64,000 nt of DNA from Octopus sinensis (Eukaryota). The notes beneath the pieces are model-generated. The model searched no databases. It was not told where the DNA came from and saw only the letters and a program-made list of their open reading frames with translations. Below, one piece after another: positions 1-13,800 of the stretch (within the stretch, counting starts at the first letter, position 1; every line of letters starts with the position of its first letter). Position numbers and translations under genes: made by a program. The stretch lies in NCBI RefSeq assembly GCF_006345805.1, contig NC_043017.1:28706001-28770000 (forward strand), in the 5' to 3' direction.

Positions 1-27
1 ACAAGTAAAAGAGTAAAAGAGTAAAGA

Positions 28-61
<34 letters not shown>

Positions 62-782
62 GGAGTTAAACGCAGATGTTATTCATATTCTTTTACTTCC
101 GACACATGTCTCAACGATATCATTGGTATTATTCCAAAGCAAAAAATGGTGTAAAACAATGTAATTTAGGGCTAGGAATAAACGTAACAGTTCAGGGCTT
201 AGTAAATTAATTTGGTATCTAAAAGACTATAATAAACGATTTAATTTAGATTAGTTGATTCTCTCGATTTCGTTCCCTTATGATAAAGGCAAGGGATTTT
301 GTCTTCTCTATAATCGAAACTATTTTTAATTCTTTTTTCTCAAAAAACCCTGGTAAACACGGTTACAGTGCGTGCTTATCAATGTAATCATTGGAAGAAA
401 CACAACTTTAGTACATATAAGTGATATCTACCTTTATATACAGTTTAAAAATTGATTTTCTTCTTGCATTTCCCTTCCACTAGATATATATCTCTTTCCA
501 AGATTTTAAGGGTTTTATTTAATTCACATATCCTTCTATATTCCTCATTTATTTGGTTTCTGATTTTTTCTTTCCTTTACCATTCCTCTTTCTATAGACT
601 AACTTTGACGTTATATCGTGTAACGTTTAAAAAAAAATATTTAATAGCTTTCCGTTCATCGTATACATATCCATCATATGTATGTATATATATCAGATTG
701 GAATGCAGTTCCTTCATGAACCCTAGATTCATGAAGCCAGTTTTCTGGATTGTGTGTTATGTGATGTATATAATATCATATA

Positions 783-825
<43 letters not shown>

Positions 826-828
<3 letters not shown>

Positions 829-1222
829 TAGCAGTATAGCCCGACGTTGCTCGGGTTGTAAGGGAAATAACTATATAAGCATTTTTAGAGAGTTATAGCC
901 AAAAAATAGCAATAAAAGGCATTAAAAATGGAAAAAAAAATTATGGAAATTTTATTTTTAAATCGTTGACTCATCGCAGACATTTTTAGAGAGATTCTTC
1001 CCTTATATAATAGCGAAAAAAATGCATTAAAATGGAAAAGAACGATGGTAATTTTTTTTTAAATCGTACACTCATGGTAGACGCGCGCTAATACACAGAA
1101 GGGCTCGATATGAGATACCCGGGTTCGACTATAAGATACCCGGTTTTAGTTAAACTGCACCGCAAAATAGGAATCAAAATCGTAGGAGACAGACACACAA
1201 CTTCACTTATATATATAAAGAT
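826..1222 (+). mobile_element. Non-autonomous Helitron/Helentron-like element (Lep1/DINE-1 type)
   Basis: Starts TACTAGCAGTATAGCCCGACGTTGCTCGGG (CTAG plus subterminal hairpin), has an internal ~110-bp tandem duplication, ends CACACAACTTCACTTATATATATAAAGAT; inverted homologue at 51365-51762. Class assigned from end architecture (inference). Confidence 0.6.
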
Positions 1223-1229
1223 ATATATA

Positions 1230-1641
1230 GGCGCAGGAGTGGCTGTATGGTAAGTAGCTTACTAACCAACAACATGGTTCCGGGTTCAGTCCCACTGCGT
1301 GGCATCTTGGGTAAGTGTCTTCTGCTATAGCCCCGGGCCGACCAATGCGTTGTGAGTGGATTTGGTAGACGGAAACTGAAAGAAGCCCGTCGTATATATG
1401 TATATATATGTATATATAATATGTGTATGTGTCTATGTGTCTGTGTTTGTCCCCCTAGCATTGGTTCACAACCGATGCTGATGTGTTTACATCCCCGTTA
1501 CTTACCGGTTCGGCAAAAGAGACCGATAGAATAAGTACTGGGCTTACAAAGAATACGTCCCGGGGTCGATTTGTTCGACTAAAGGCGGTGCTCCAGCATG
1601 GCCGCAGTCAAATGACTGAAATAAGTAAAAGAGTAAAAGAG
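1230..1641 (+). mobile_element. tRNA-derived SINE family A (internal (TA)n/(TG)n tract)
   Basis: tRNA-like head GGCGCAGGAGTGGCTGT..GGTAAG..GGTTCAGTCCC (A/B boxes), conserved body, AGTAAAAGAG repeated tail; more than 12 copies or fragments in the window. Confidence 0.85.
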
Positions 1642-1667
1642 TATATATATATGCGCCTTTCAAAATG

Positions 1668-1875
1668 TGACCTCGTGTGTACCGTTGGCGATTTTTTCCT
1701 CTGTCTTCCCTTCTCTGGATCTTTCCTTCTCCTATGTTTCCGACGAAGAGCTCCGCTCGAAACGTTAAACCCTCCATCTTCCCTTCTTTCCTGAGCGTCC
1801 AATAACACTATATTTGTTCCACGTCCTCGCGTTGTTGTGTTTTTTTGTGTTTTCTTGTTTGGATTGACTATATAT
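1668..1875 (+). mobile_element. Short Penelope-like terminal-repeat element with minimal hammerhead-like motif
   Basis: Homologous to 18170-18382 (-) and 59735-59935 (+); TA-flanked; carries GTTT-CCGACGA-A-GAGC-tcc-GCTC-GAAACGT-T-AAAC. Confidence 0.55.
1736..1770 (+). ncRNA. Minimal type I hammerhead-like motif (U4C core variant)
   Basis: Stem I GTTT/AAAC, core CCGACGA, stem II GAGC/GCTC, GAAAC-GT-T, palindromic ACGT in place of stem III. Confidence 0.5.
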
Positions 1876-2500
1876 ATGCACCGTTACTGAATGTGGTCAA
1901 ATTCTTATTCAATTTAGCTACCTTATTAAGGTGTTTTGCTCCAAAACAAAACGCATAGATCGATCCTGGAATCGAAAGACGGGCTTATGGTTATGAATGC
2001 AGGAGTCTAACCACGAAGCGATGCACCTACACGCATGCAGACACGCCCACACGTACACATATACACATATGCGCACATACACACGTTGACACACACACAC
2101 ACACATACTGATACACATAAATATATTTATGCATACATGTCAGTGTGGCTTAGTGTGCGTGTGAGACTGTGCGCGTCTGTGTGTGTATGTGTGTGTGTTT
2201 TTGTGTTGGTGTGTTTTGGAGTGTGTAGATATGTGTGTGTATGCGTGCGTGTACGTGTGCGTTGGTATGTGTGCCTGCGTGTCTTTGTGTATCTATATGT
2301 AAATATGCGTTTTGTTTAACTTCATTGAAAATTCAGGCAGTGGAGATTGGAGATATGCGAAATCACTCGCCTTAAACATAGTCGTTTCTTTAATATATTG
2401 TACTAATTCACATTTATATAATTTACATGCACTATATAGACATATATACATACATGCATATGTATGCACACACACACAGACATACACACACACACATATA

Positions 2501-2573
<73 letters not shown>

Positions 2574-3218
2574 TATTATAATTTATATTTTATATATATA
2601 TTTGTATTTGATATTATTATATACACAACATATATATATATATGTTATGCATATGAATATATATTATATATATATATATTGTGTTATATAATATATGTAT
2701 AGATATATCTATAAATATATATAAATATATACATATATATTTGCTTATCGATAAGAGCGTGTAGTCCTCTTCGTATAAATGTATAAATGTACGTACACAC
2801 TTATTTTATAAACTCACGCGCGCCCACACGCATATACATATGACATATTCGTATTCATATTTGCGAGCGCATAATTATATCCACTCGTATGCGAACGTAG
2901 CTTACACATGGACACAAAGACGCATATATTATAAACATAATCACACAGGATATATATTCTATGCGTAACAGAACTTGTGAGATATAGAGATATATCAAAA
3001 TCGCTCGGGGAAGTAAATATACTTACATGAGATAAGTTTACATGTTGTGTACAGATAGTACATGACATAAATAGAGGTCTAATGAAATAAGATTGAAAAA
3101 TATGTATAACGCCGCTGGAGATCTACATAGTGGTATCCAATGGACGAGCAGAATGACTTTCTGAGAAGCACACGCTCGCTCACGCACGCACGCGCAGGTA
3201 CGCGCTCACGTTATATAA

Positions 3219-3249
<31 letters not shown>

Positions 3250-3374
3250 TTATATATATATATATGTATATATATATTATATAGAGAGAGAGAGAGAGAG
3301 GTGAGAGAGAGAGAGTGAGAGAGAGAGTGAGAGAGAGAGAAATACACGCAAGTCTACAGAAATACATAACTACT

Positions 3375-3437
<63 letters not shown>

Positions 3438-3512
3438 TTTATATATATCTACATATATATATATTATATATATATGTATATAATATTATATGTATATATG
3501 CAATATGCATAT

Positions 3513-3565
<53 letters not shown>

Positions 3566-3720
3566 GTATATTACATATACATATATATATATACATATAT
3601 ATATATTTATATATATATAATATGTAACATATATATATAATATATATATATACAGATATTATATATATATATAATATATATATATATTATATACATATAT
3701 ATATGTATGTATATTATATA

Positions 3721-3766
<46 letters not shown>

Positions 3767-3936
3767 ATATATATACGTGTGAGTATGTCTACTTGTGCAT
3801 ACATTTATGGAGAAGGAGTAATATTTCGAAAGGGAACATAGAAATATAGAAATTGTCACGCAAACACGCAACGTCACGTGCACCTCTGCGTCTCTTTTTC
3901 CTAAATATTTACACACACACATACACACACACTAAC

Positions 3937-3982
<46 letters not shown>

Positions 3983-4205
3983 GCCAATTATACAGGTCGA
4001 GAGCGAGAGCGAAAGAAAGAGTGATGCACTATCACTGTCAGTAATGTATACGTATACATAAACGGACGCGCGTACTCAAGCAAATATATGCGTGTATGCG
4101 TGAATGTGTATGTTGTTTTCGTTTATTCAGCATCTATATATATATATCTCTCTAACTCTCTTGTGTGTTTGTGTGTGTGTGTGTGTCTGCGTTTGTATAT
4201 ATATA

Positions 4206-5155
4206 CAGGGCTTGGACAAAATAATGGAAACACCTTGCATCATAGCATCATAATTTTGGAGTATCTATAAAACCGTCAAAAGCTTGTTTATTTTTATGTT
4301 TTTTTAAATTTATTATTAGTGCTGCTTAATTTGTGTTGCTAAAATTGCTGTTTCTGTTCAGATATCATCAGAAAAAGGTAATTAAAATTCATTAAAATGA
4401 CAGATATATCGGACTTCCAAAAAGTTCAATTTGTTGGTGCTCGTATGAGAGGCGCTAGGTTAACGAAAATAACCGAAACGGTTGGCGTATCAAGAAGTAC
4501 TGTCTCGGAAGTAATGACAGCCTTTGAGAAAGAGGGGATAACCTTCACGTCGAAACAAATCTCCGAAAGAAAAGCAAACATTCACAGAGGGACCGTCGGA
4601 CTATTACGCGCATTGTTAAAGAGGATCACAAAAGTACAGCTCCCAAAATTACTGCAGAGCTTAATGCCCACGTCAGCAACTCAGTTCCCACAAAAACTGT
4701 TCACCGAGAGCTGCACAATGCCGGATTTCACAGAAAACAACTAGTTTCAAACATTGCAAAGCGTTTACAGTGGAGTAAAAACCTACAGAATTATATACGG
4801 CCAAGTATACATGTGGAGATATTCAAAAGAAGCATTTGACCCAGACTGACTTCTTCCAACTGTTAAACAAGTATGGGGATCTAATGATCGGAGGGGGAGC
4901 TATACCTTGGAAATCCTCTGACCCAATGATTTCCATACATGGCAGAATTAATAAATAATATTTAAGCATTTTATCTGATCAAATTTATCTTATGGTTAGA
5001 GAACGGTTTCCAGAGGGAAACACAAATTTTCAGGATGATAATGCACCAATTCACAAGGCTAAATTTGTTACTGAATGGCACGAAAAATATTGTAGTGAAG
5101 TTGAACAACTTAGCTGGCCACCACAGACCCCAGATCTCAATATTATTGAAGCGAG
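4206..5155 (+). pseudogene. Tc1-family (DD34E) transposon, frameshifted and 3'-truncated
   Basis: TA|CAGGGCTTGGACAAAATAATGGAAACACC left TIR; HTH MTDISDFQK..GVSRSTVS; catalytic motifs FQDDNAPIH and WPPQTPDLNIIE. Confidence 0.9.
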
Positions 5156-6990
5156 ATTCTATTATGAACAATATCACGTGCTCTGTTTGCAAACAAGCTG
5201 CCAGAAAATTATCGCTATAATATGTTTGGTATGGCTCCAGTTAATTTATTTTCAACTCTTCGTGAATAGCCGACCATGAGAGGCATACATCTTGTATATT
5301 TTAACAGCCATTGATACTGATGCGAGTAAGGTAGTTGTTAATCATGAAACGAAACATATGCATTCATTACCTGCAACAGTTTGACTCTCTCAAGGGACTT
5401 CCAGAATAATTACGTGCTGTTCACAGATGCAGCTTAACATTTCAAATTCACAAATGTCTCTCTCTGTTTCTCATTCATGTAACCAGACGTCTGACAAATC
5501 ATGTTTTAGCGTTTACCATTCCTTCTCAACAGGACAGGCTTTACCAGAATGTCTGAACTACAGATTTCTTTAAGCATGTATTTCCTAATGTTTAAAGTTA
5601 ATACATTTGGGGTATCAGTGAACACTAAGTTCCACAGGAAATTGAGGCATTCCGTCTTAATATTCAGTAGTTCGATTTGTGTTTGTCATGGTAGGGCTTA
5701 AGAAAATTTCCACATTGAAACGGAAGGCATGGCTTGGTTATCCGCAACAGGGCAACTCTGATTGAAAACACACAGAACAATATCGTGAGTTTCACAGTTG
5801 CAATGTATTAGCTGAATCTCACAAATCTCACAAATGGTGCTCCAGAATGGCCGCAGTCACATGACCGAAATAATAAGACTTTGTTATTTTAATCCCGAGC
5901 ATCTATACATCCACTTCTCTCCTCTCTTCATCTGACACATGCTTCCTCTCTTCACTCCTACCCGTCTACAAATCTCTCTGTCTCTCTCTCTTTCAATTCA
6001 TCTAATCAGATGTTTCACAAAGTACGTTCTTATTTATACTTTGGTTCCCCAAATGGATAATTTTTACCAGAAAGTTTGTACTACAGGTTTCTTTAAACGT
6101 ATTTACTTCTAACAACTTCTGTTAATTCATTTTACGCATTAGTGGAGACAGACTAGCACAGGAAATATTCACTCCATATTTAATTACAGTAAATTTGTGA
6201 TTGTCGCAATGCCTTTTAATTATCTTTCCACAATAGCGCTAGATATACTAATGGCGGGACCATCGATAACTGTCACAACGCCTTGCTGAGAATTTAGCTT
6301 CTTCAAACATTTGAGCGTTACTTGTCGATTTTCTTCGTAGCCCAACAAGGATCAAGTGAATAACGGAAAGACTAATTATTTAAATCGCCGGTGAACGCTA
6401 CGAAACATCATTACAACTTTCTCTCCAACTTCATTAATGAATAATTTAGATGAAAGTTGGCAACCGGCCACATACAATATACACCTAAACTTTATACTAC
6501 TAAATTCGAATACTGAAGTCGATCGCTTTATCTGAATAAACGATATAATTCTAGGTAAGTGTTTCTCAGCACAATAGCTTTGTGATTCGAGTGCTATGAT
6601 ATCAGTTAAAGCGACTTTCCAGGAATAAATTAAATGAAAATGACATTTCGGAGCGTTATTATTACCCAACAACATTCTATATCTCTCGTGTAGAGAAGAG
6701 CTAATAAACAATTTCTGATTAGTTGCAACTGGGATTTATGTTTAATTGGATTCAGGATGAATTCTTATTGAAACAAGAACACCGTAAATCCCAATTCATA
6801 CCTCAAGAAGATCCATGATCCAATACATCTACAATATGCGCAATAGTAGAGGAGAGGATAAACGTTATATACTCTAACCAGTAAAAATAATATTCAAAAT
6901 ATCTATTGTAATTATATTGCTACTTGCTGTAGGTTGACTAACAAATGTAGTTGGAGTATAGGACCACAAGCCCCACACTATTGCTCATAT

Positions 6991-7377
6991 GGATGAAAGC
7001 ACTCCGTCGGTTACGACGACGAGGGTTCCGGTTGATCCGATCAACGGAACAGCCTGCTCGTGAAATTAACGTGTAAGTGGTTGAGCATTCCACAGACACG
7101 TGTACCCATAACGTAGTTCTCGGAGATATTCAGCGTGACACAGAGAGTGACGAGGCCGGCCCTTTGAAATACAGGTACAACAGAAACAGGAAGTAAGAGT
7201 GAGAGAAAGTTGTGGTGAAAGAGTACAGCAGGGGTCACCACCATCCCCTGCCGGAGCCTCGTGGAGCTTTAGGTGTTTTCGCTCAATAAACACTCACAAC
7301 GCCCGGTCTGGGAATCGAAACTGCGATCCTAAGACCGCGAGTCCGCTGCCCTAACCACTGGGCCATTGCTCCTCCAC
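6991..7377 (-). mobile_element. tRNA-derived SINE family C with 11-bp TSD
   Basis: Minus-strand head TGGAGGAGCAATGGCCCAGTGGTTAGGGCAGCGGACTCGCGG; TSD ATTGCTCATAT at 6980-6990 and 7378-7388. Confidence 0.85.
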
Positions 7378-8560
7378 ATTGCTCATATAAACTCTACAGA
7401 TATACAAGAGGTATCTAATACTTGTTTAAAGAACACAGTCTGGAGAGAAATTTAATATAAGCGACATGTCAATGGTTTTGTAAAATGAATGAATTATTTG
7501 TCTCAGCAACTAAAAGATCGCAAGATCTTACTAACATCTGGAAGACATACTTTACAACTATCTCTTGCATCATTCACTACAATATAGTTATACATAAAAG
7601 TGTGTAAAACTAAATGAGGTGTTTGTGGTTGAGGGGCTTATGATTATATGATTCCTTGTCAGAGGTACCAGAGTCTAAATAACGACAGCGTTGGACAACC
7701 AAGCCATTCGTGTTCGCTTCATTTCCTGAAAATCGCAGCCTGACTTACTCCAAATGATACTGGAATATCACATTAGGAAACATACACTGAACAATGTCGT
7801 GGTGTAAACATACGTAACTGAATCTTCTTTTTCGAGATCAGTGACACTACTATAATTGTGTGTGCAATGACTCTTAATCACTTGTACGTGATTATAACTA
7901 ACTGTTGACGGGTTACTACCCAAAAACCCGGGTCTGTGTGTATCACGTAAGGCTCGAGATGGGAACGATAATATTCCCTCATAATAATTACTAATCGGAC
8001 ACAGACAATGTGTTTCTAGCCACATGGAGGATAAGTCCTTCTGGGGCTAAAGACATCAGTAACCTCTTCCTCTACAGGACTGCTAAATTTAGTTGGCAAT
8101 TATATTTTACGATATATATATATAGACGGTACTAAAGTGATTTAGGGCACTAGTCAGATGGAATTCATAGCCACAAAAAGCACTTATGACTGATAATGGG
8201 AGCAAGGTGCATATATCCGGAGCTTAGCCAGATCACTAGTGACTTCGGATTGATCAATGTTTGTGAGTGTCTCTCATACACACACACACACACACACATA
8301 TACAAAAATGGGAAAACAAAACATCCAGATAGACGATACACAAAAAAAAACAAAGACGGGATATTCGAAGCTTTCTTTCCTCAGTTAAGTACCAGATTAT
8401 CTTCGCAATTTCGGCTGATAAAACTTGAGATTGCTCCAATCAGTCCAGTCCCTAGAACATTAGATTCCTTGGAAGAAAGCAGCGAATGTATACAAAAACA
8501 AGGACGGAAAAAACCCAACAGTGTTACACAAATACAATAAATGTATATATATATATATAT

Positions 8561-8724
8561 ATGCGATGGGCTTCCTTCAGCTTCCGTCTAACAAATCCAC
8601 TCACAAGACTTTGGTTTAACCTGCGACTAAAGTTGAAGACACTTGCACAAGGTGTCATGCAATGGGACTGAACCCGGAACCATGTGGTTAGTAAGCATGC
8701 AAATTACCACAGAGCCACTGCTGC

Positions 8725-8728
<4 letters not shown>
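8561..8728 (-). mobile_element. SINE A, 5' half, diverged
   Basis: Reverse complement matches head of 1230-1641. Confidence 0.75.
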
Positions 8729-8818
<90 letters not shown>

Positions 8819-8821
<3 letters not shown>

Positions 8822-9026
8822 TTGAGTTACGTTAATTTTTTGGCTCAAAAAGCAAAAAGCAAGGCCATTTTGGGGGACATGGAGTTATGTACAAGGACGG
8901 TGTTCATGTAAAGAGTTCAGGCCATTTCTGGTCAAGAGAGACTTTGAACCGAGCGGTCGTCGGCATTTTCACTATCTCGTCCTGCAGCTTATTCCACGGA
9001 TCCGCAACCCGGATGGAGAAAGCCCC

Positions 9027-9027
<1 letters not shown>
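8819..9027 (-). mobile_element. CR1/L2-type LINE 3' end inserted in a (TA)n tract
   Basis: Minus-strand GAFSIRVADPWNKLQDEIVKMPTTARFKVSLDQKW resembles the CR1 ORF2 C-terminus (FSxRVVxxWNxLP..FKxxLD); TA repeats on both sides. Confidence 0.75.
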
Positions 9028-9082
<55 letters not shown>

Positions 9083-10057
9083 CACACACACATATATATA
9101 TATATATAATATATATATATATACTCACCACACACTACACCACAACTAACTTTATTACAACCAATACACAACAACCTCTCTGTAAATGTCATTCTTTTTC
9201 ATACATATATATACATATATAGATATACACATTTACACATATAGTTGTTGTCATTCCCTACCTGGACATAATCCTACACATGCCTCTGAAATCTTATAGG
9301 CGGCCAAAGATGGAATGTTTTACATTGTGGATTGAACTAAAGGCAAACAATAACACCAAAAGCAATAGCAAACAAAAAGAACGACAAAAAAACAAAAGAC
9401 AGCAACAACAACGGCAACAACAGCAACAACAGCAGTAATAGACACTGGTCGATTTAATGTATATTGCTTCATGTAAAAATCTGCAAGGCAATATTTGCCC
9501 ATGTATGTCTGAACAATGTTTAAAATTGATTTGAAAAAAGTGAAAACGTAATACTAAAATGTATTTGCACGGAATCCGTTTATAATGGCTTTCACAGTAA
9601 ACATAATTGTTTGGAATTATTTCTATGTATTATATATAAACTTCTCACTTCTTCTTCTTGTAATTATTATTATTATTATTATTAATGTTGTTGTTCTTGG
9701 CGTTGGTATTGGTGTTGATGTTGAAGAAGAAGAAGAGGGTGTTGTTTTTTATGTGTGTGATTCACTGATTGTAATAGTAATAATAAAATATATAAAATAA
9801 TAAGTAAAACACAAATATATTAAGCTAGTAGCGACGTTTTCATTTCTACATTGATGTTGAGACTGTGTAATTCATTTCTTTGCAACGTTTTTATCAGTAA
9901 TGACACGTCATGCGCACAAAGACACGCTCAGACACTTACCCACGCACAAACACAAATAACATAATATTCTTACACACATGAAGACACATATACACACGTA
10001 CGTGTGTCTGTATATATACATATACATATATTATATATATATATATTATATATATAA

Positions 10058-10120
<63 letters not shown>

Positions 10121-10362
10121 CATATATATATATTTGTGTGGTGTGTAGATATATATATATGTATATATATATATTTAAAACGGTTTACATAGTGAGATGC
10201 ATATATGTGTACGTATCTCATACTGTATTCCTTACGCCAGAAATTATACGAATGTATGGAAATACTAGATTTAAATGGAAATATGATATGGCTATACACA
10301 TACACACATAAAATCGTATATTTATTTATCTAAGTATATATATGTGTGTAATTGCGTATACG

Positions 10363-10434
<72 letters not shown>

Positions 10435-10469
10435 TTATTGTAATTACATATTTGTGCATGTGTTTACGT

Positions 10470-10507
<38 letters not shown>

Positions 10508-10675
10508 GTATATACATATGTATGGATATATGTGTATATTGTCAGACACCTACATATATATGTCTGTATGTAAGTACGTATATTTTACGTATATATGTGT
10601 GTTTTCCCATGACGTGTATATACATCCAAGTAAGAACATATCTACGTATATTATATAAATATACGCACCTACTTA

Positions 10676-10746
<71 letters not shown>

Positions 10747-11384
10747 GTATATATTATACATATATATATACATATACATATACTATATATATTAGAATAT
10801 AATATATCACACATATGTGTGTATGTATGGTTTAAATAATATATATATAGAAACGACTTATGAAATGGAATTCTTTTGTCTTGCGATATACATCTTTCAG
10901 AATTCTTTCTATTTCTTTCTTTAAGTTCTTTATGTTTTTGTAGGTAGTCATCTTTATGCGAGTCACGTAGTAAATATTGAAATCAAACCTCTTAATTTCA
11001 ATGGTGTAATGTTGTTTACAAATACTTTCTGAACACAAAGGGAAAATATTTTCACATTTAACGATTATATATTTTAATCTAAACAAATTGAAAAATACTG
11101 AATTTGCAGAGACAACGTAGTCTTGGAGTAAATGACTAGTAGCTTTTAGGTTTTTGTGTCATTGTGTGGTAAGTTCTCATCAGAGAAGTCAAAAATTGGA
11201 TGTTAAATATTTTTGAATGTCCAACTTAATATGGCAGTCAAAGTCTTTCATAAGTAGGTTTCGGGTATTGAAATGTAAAATAAAATATTACAGGACTTGC
11301 AGGTTTCCCACTCATACATATATGCTATTACTCATGATAGCTCGTTTTCAGTCAGTCGAGAGAGATGATGTAGGCGTATATATT

Positions 11385-11805
11385 CTTTTTTATTCTTTTA
11401 TTCTTTTATTTGTTTCAGTCATTTGACTTGCGGCCATGCTGGAGCACCGCCTTTAGTCGAGCAAATCGACCCCATGATTTATTCTTTGTAAGCCTAGTAC
11501 TTATTCTATCGGTCTCTCTTTTGCCGAACCGCTAAGTTACGGGGACGTAAACACACCGGCATCGGTTGTCAAGCGATGTTGGGGGACAAACACAGACACA
11601 CAAACACACACACACACACACACATATATATACATATACATATATACGAGGGGCTTCTTTCAGTTTCCGTCTACCAGATCCACTTACAAGTCTTTGGTCG
11701 GCCCGAGGCTATAGAAGAAGACACTTGTCCAAGATGCCACGCAGTGGGACTGAGCCCCTAACCATGCTGTTGGTAAGCAAGCTACTTACCACACAGCCAC
11801 TCCTG
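11385..11805 (-). mobile_element. SINE A, full length
   Basis: Head, internal microsatellite and tail all present on minus strand. Confidence 0.85.
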
Positions 11806-12292
11806 TGTGTGTGTGTGTATGTGTGTGTTTGTGTGTGTTTGTATGTGTGTGTGTATGTGTGTGTATGTGTGTGTTTGTATGTGTGTGTGTGTGTGTATGT
11901 GTGTGTTTGTGTGTGTTTGCGTGTGTAAAGAGGAAAACAATTAGTTTCAGTTCTCTGAGCGAGATGCAAGTAGTAATACAAAGTGAAATCCTTTTTTCAA
12001 CAGTACTGTCTTATATTCCTCTCCTCCACTACGAAATTCTATAAAATGATTAAAATTCCCCACAAAGGAACTTAGTTTGATTTGAAACCCCACTAGAATG
12101 GGAGAAGCGCTAATGATCTAAGTATATGATATATATATATAATGTAAAATATAAATAAATATCTCTGTAAATATCAACCATCCGATCTTCTGATTACCTC
12201 ATTTTCTTCTAATATATAGACCTGTACTCATTTCCAACCTTCCAATATATATATATATATAAATATATTGTATATATATGTATATATATATA

Positions 12293-12380
<88 letters not shown>

Positions 12381-12383
<3 letters not shown>

Positions 12384-13420
12384 GTTGAATTTACAGAAAA
12401 TAAGACGAACACAGGTGTATAAAACACTACAGGTGTTAGTATTTAACGCTCGTAAAGATGAGAAAGTCTTTTACGTTTCGAGCCCACGCTCTTCAACAGA
12501 AAAGATAACGAGGAAATAAACGGAGAGATAATAAAAAATGTGTGGAGTTAACGGGCAATCATGGCGACTGGTTGGACAAGAATAGTTAGACAGGAGGGGT
12601 AGGAAAAAGTGGAGATGATAAAGTACTGATAACCCCAAAACAAAGGTGCGCGTGCGTATGTGTATGTGAGAGTGTGTAAGTGCATGCGTCTTGATAGAGG
12701 CTGGTGACTTTGACATGTGGATGTGTGCTTGTGTGTGTGTCTGTAATGTGTGGGTGTGTGGATGATGGTATGGATGCTGAGAAGTGGTCAGTGCTAGTGC
12801 GTGCAGAGTGGTGTGGGTTGGTGTGATGTGTTGTAGTGATGTTGTAGCGTGTGGTGCGGTGGTGTTGCTGTGTGGGAATGTGAGGGCAGGGTGTAGGTTT
12901 GGGGTGAGAATGTGGGGATGTGGTGAGTATGTGGGGTAGGATGGGGCCTGGATTGAGTGGTATCAATGAAAGGAGAACGTAGGTAGGGGTGAAGAGAGGA
13001 AGGTGTCAGGGCAAGAGAGGAGAGGAAAAGTTGGTAGGAGTGAAGAGCGGTGTTGATGGTTGTTCATACTCTGTTTGTTCTGCCCAAGTGTTATAGATTG
13101 TTGGTTGTATGTATCGTGTTTGTCTTGCTGTCTGTATGTTTGTCTTTGTGAGGTTTTGGGTCGATGGTCGTATTTCATATTTTGTGTGTCTTTTATTGCG
13201 GGGTTCGGCAGTGTAAAGAGCGGGTTTTTGGTTTGTGTTTGGTAGGGTTTATTTGGATGTCTGGGAGTCCAGTATGTTTGTGATCTTGGTTTGTTGTGTC
13301 TTTTCGTTTAATTTTGGTGGTTTTGTCTTCAGAATTGATTTTCCCCCACGGTTCTTTTCGTAGTTTAGGAACCACTCCTGTTGTTTGGACCACATAATTC
13401 TGGATCTTTCCGCCTCTCAT
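12381..13420 (-). pseudogene. Penelope-like element 3' portion: decayed GIY-YIG endonuclease, AC-rich 3' region, hammerhead-like motif
   Basis: ORF 13193-13420 NYVVQTT..LRKEPWGKINSEDKT..HKH..RSLHCRTPQ resembles GIY-YIG YVGQT..RxKEH..H..RExLHI; HHR-like motif at 12467-12505. Confidence 0.6.
12467..12505 (-). ncRNA. Minimal hammerhead-like motif (A6U core variant)
   Basis: Minus strand TCTTTT-CTGTTGA-A-GAGC-gtgg-GCTC-GAAACGT-A-AAAGA. Confidence 0.45.
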
Positions 13421-13800
13421 TTTCTAACAAACAGCATTTTCTAACAACCAACACATAGCACTGGGCATCCTAAATGTATACACACATGGAGCAATAGACA
13501 AGTAGATAAAAATCAACACATAACTTACAATAAACGTCGAGGAAATCCAAACCATACAAACATCAACCCCATGCGACCCCACAAATTTACAAGATGGATA
13601 GAAAACAACCTCCACTATCAAAACAATACAAACACACAACATGAAGCATCCACCTACCCACCAGAAAACCTGAACATAAGGAATGGAAATTGGACAAAAA
13701 CAGAAGATGGGAGACAAAACAACACATACAGACCATATAGTCTACCCCTCCAGTAAAAGAGGGTTTGTATTATCCCAAATCTCTCTCCATCCCTACGCGC
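13421..13800 (+). mobile_element. Probable inverted segment of the same Penelope-like insertion
   Basis: Abrupt switch from GT-rich to AC-rich at ~13420; decayed frame FSNNQHIALGILNVYTHGAI weakly resembles a PLE thumb region. Confidence 0.35.

Noticed and set aside
1230-1310. tRNA gene calls for SINE heads
   Set aside because: A/B boxes run into SINE bodies; no complete cloverleaf
6200-6711. Minus-strand frames, one with GVVTVIDGP, reminiscent of an iGluR N-terminal domain
   Set aside because: Stops on both sides, no convincing splice sites; similarity too short to support
12901-12946. Four GGGG tracts (G-quadruplex candidate)
   Set aside because: Long loops and expected in this GT-rich retroelement region; no independent support
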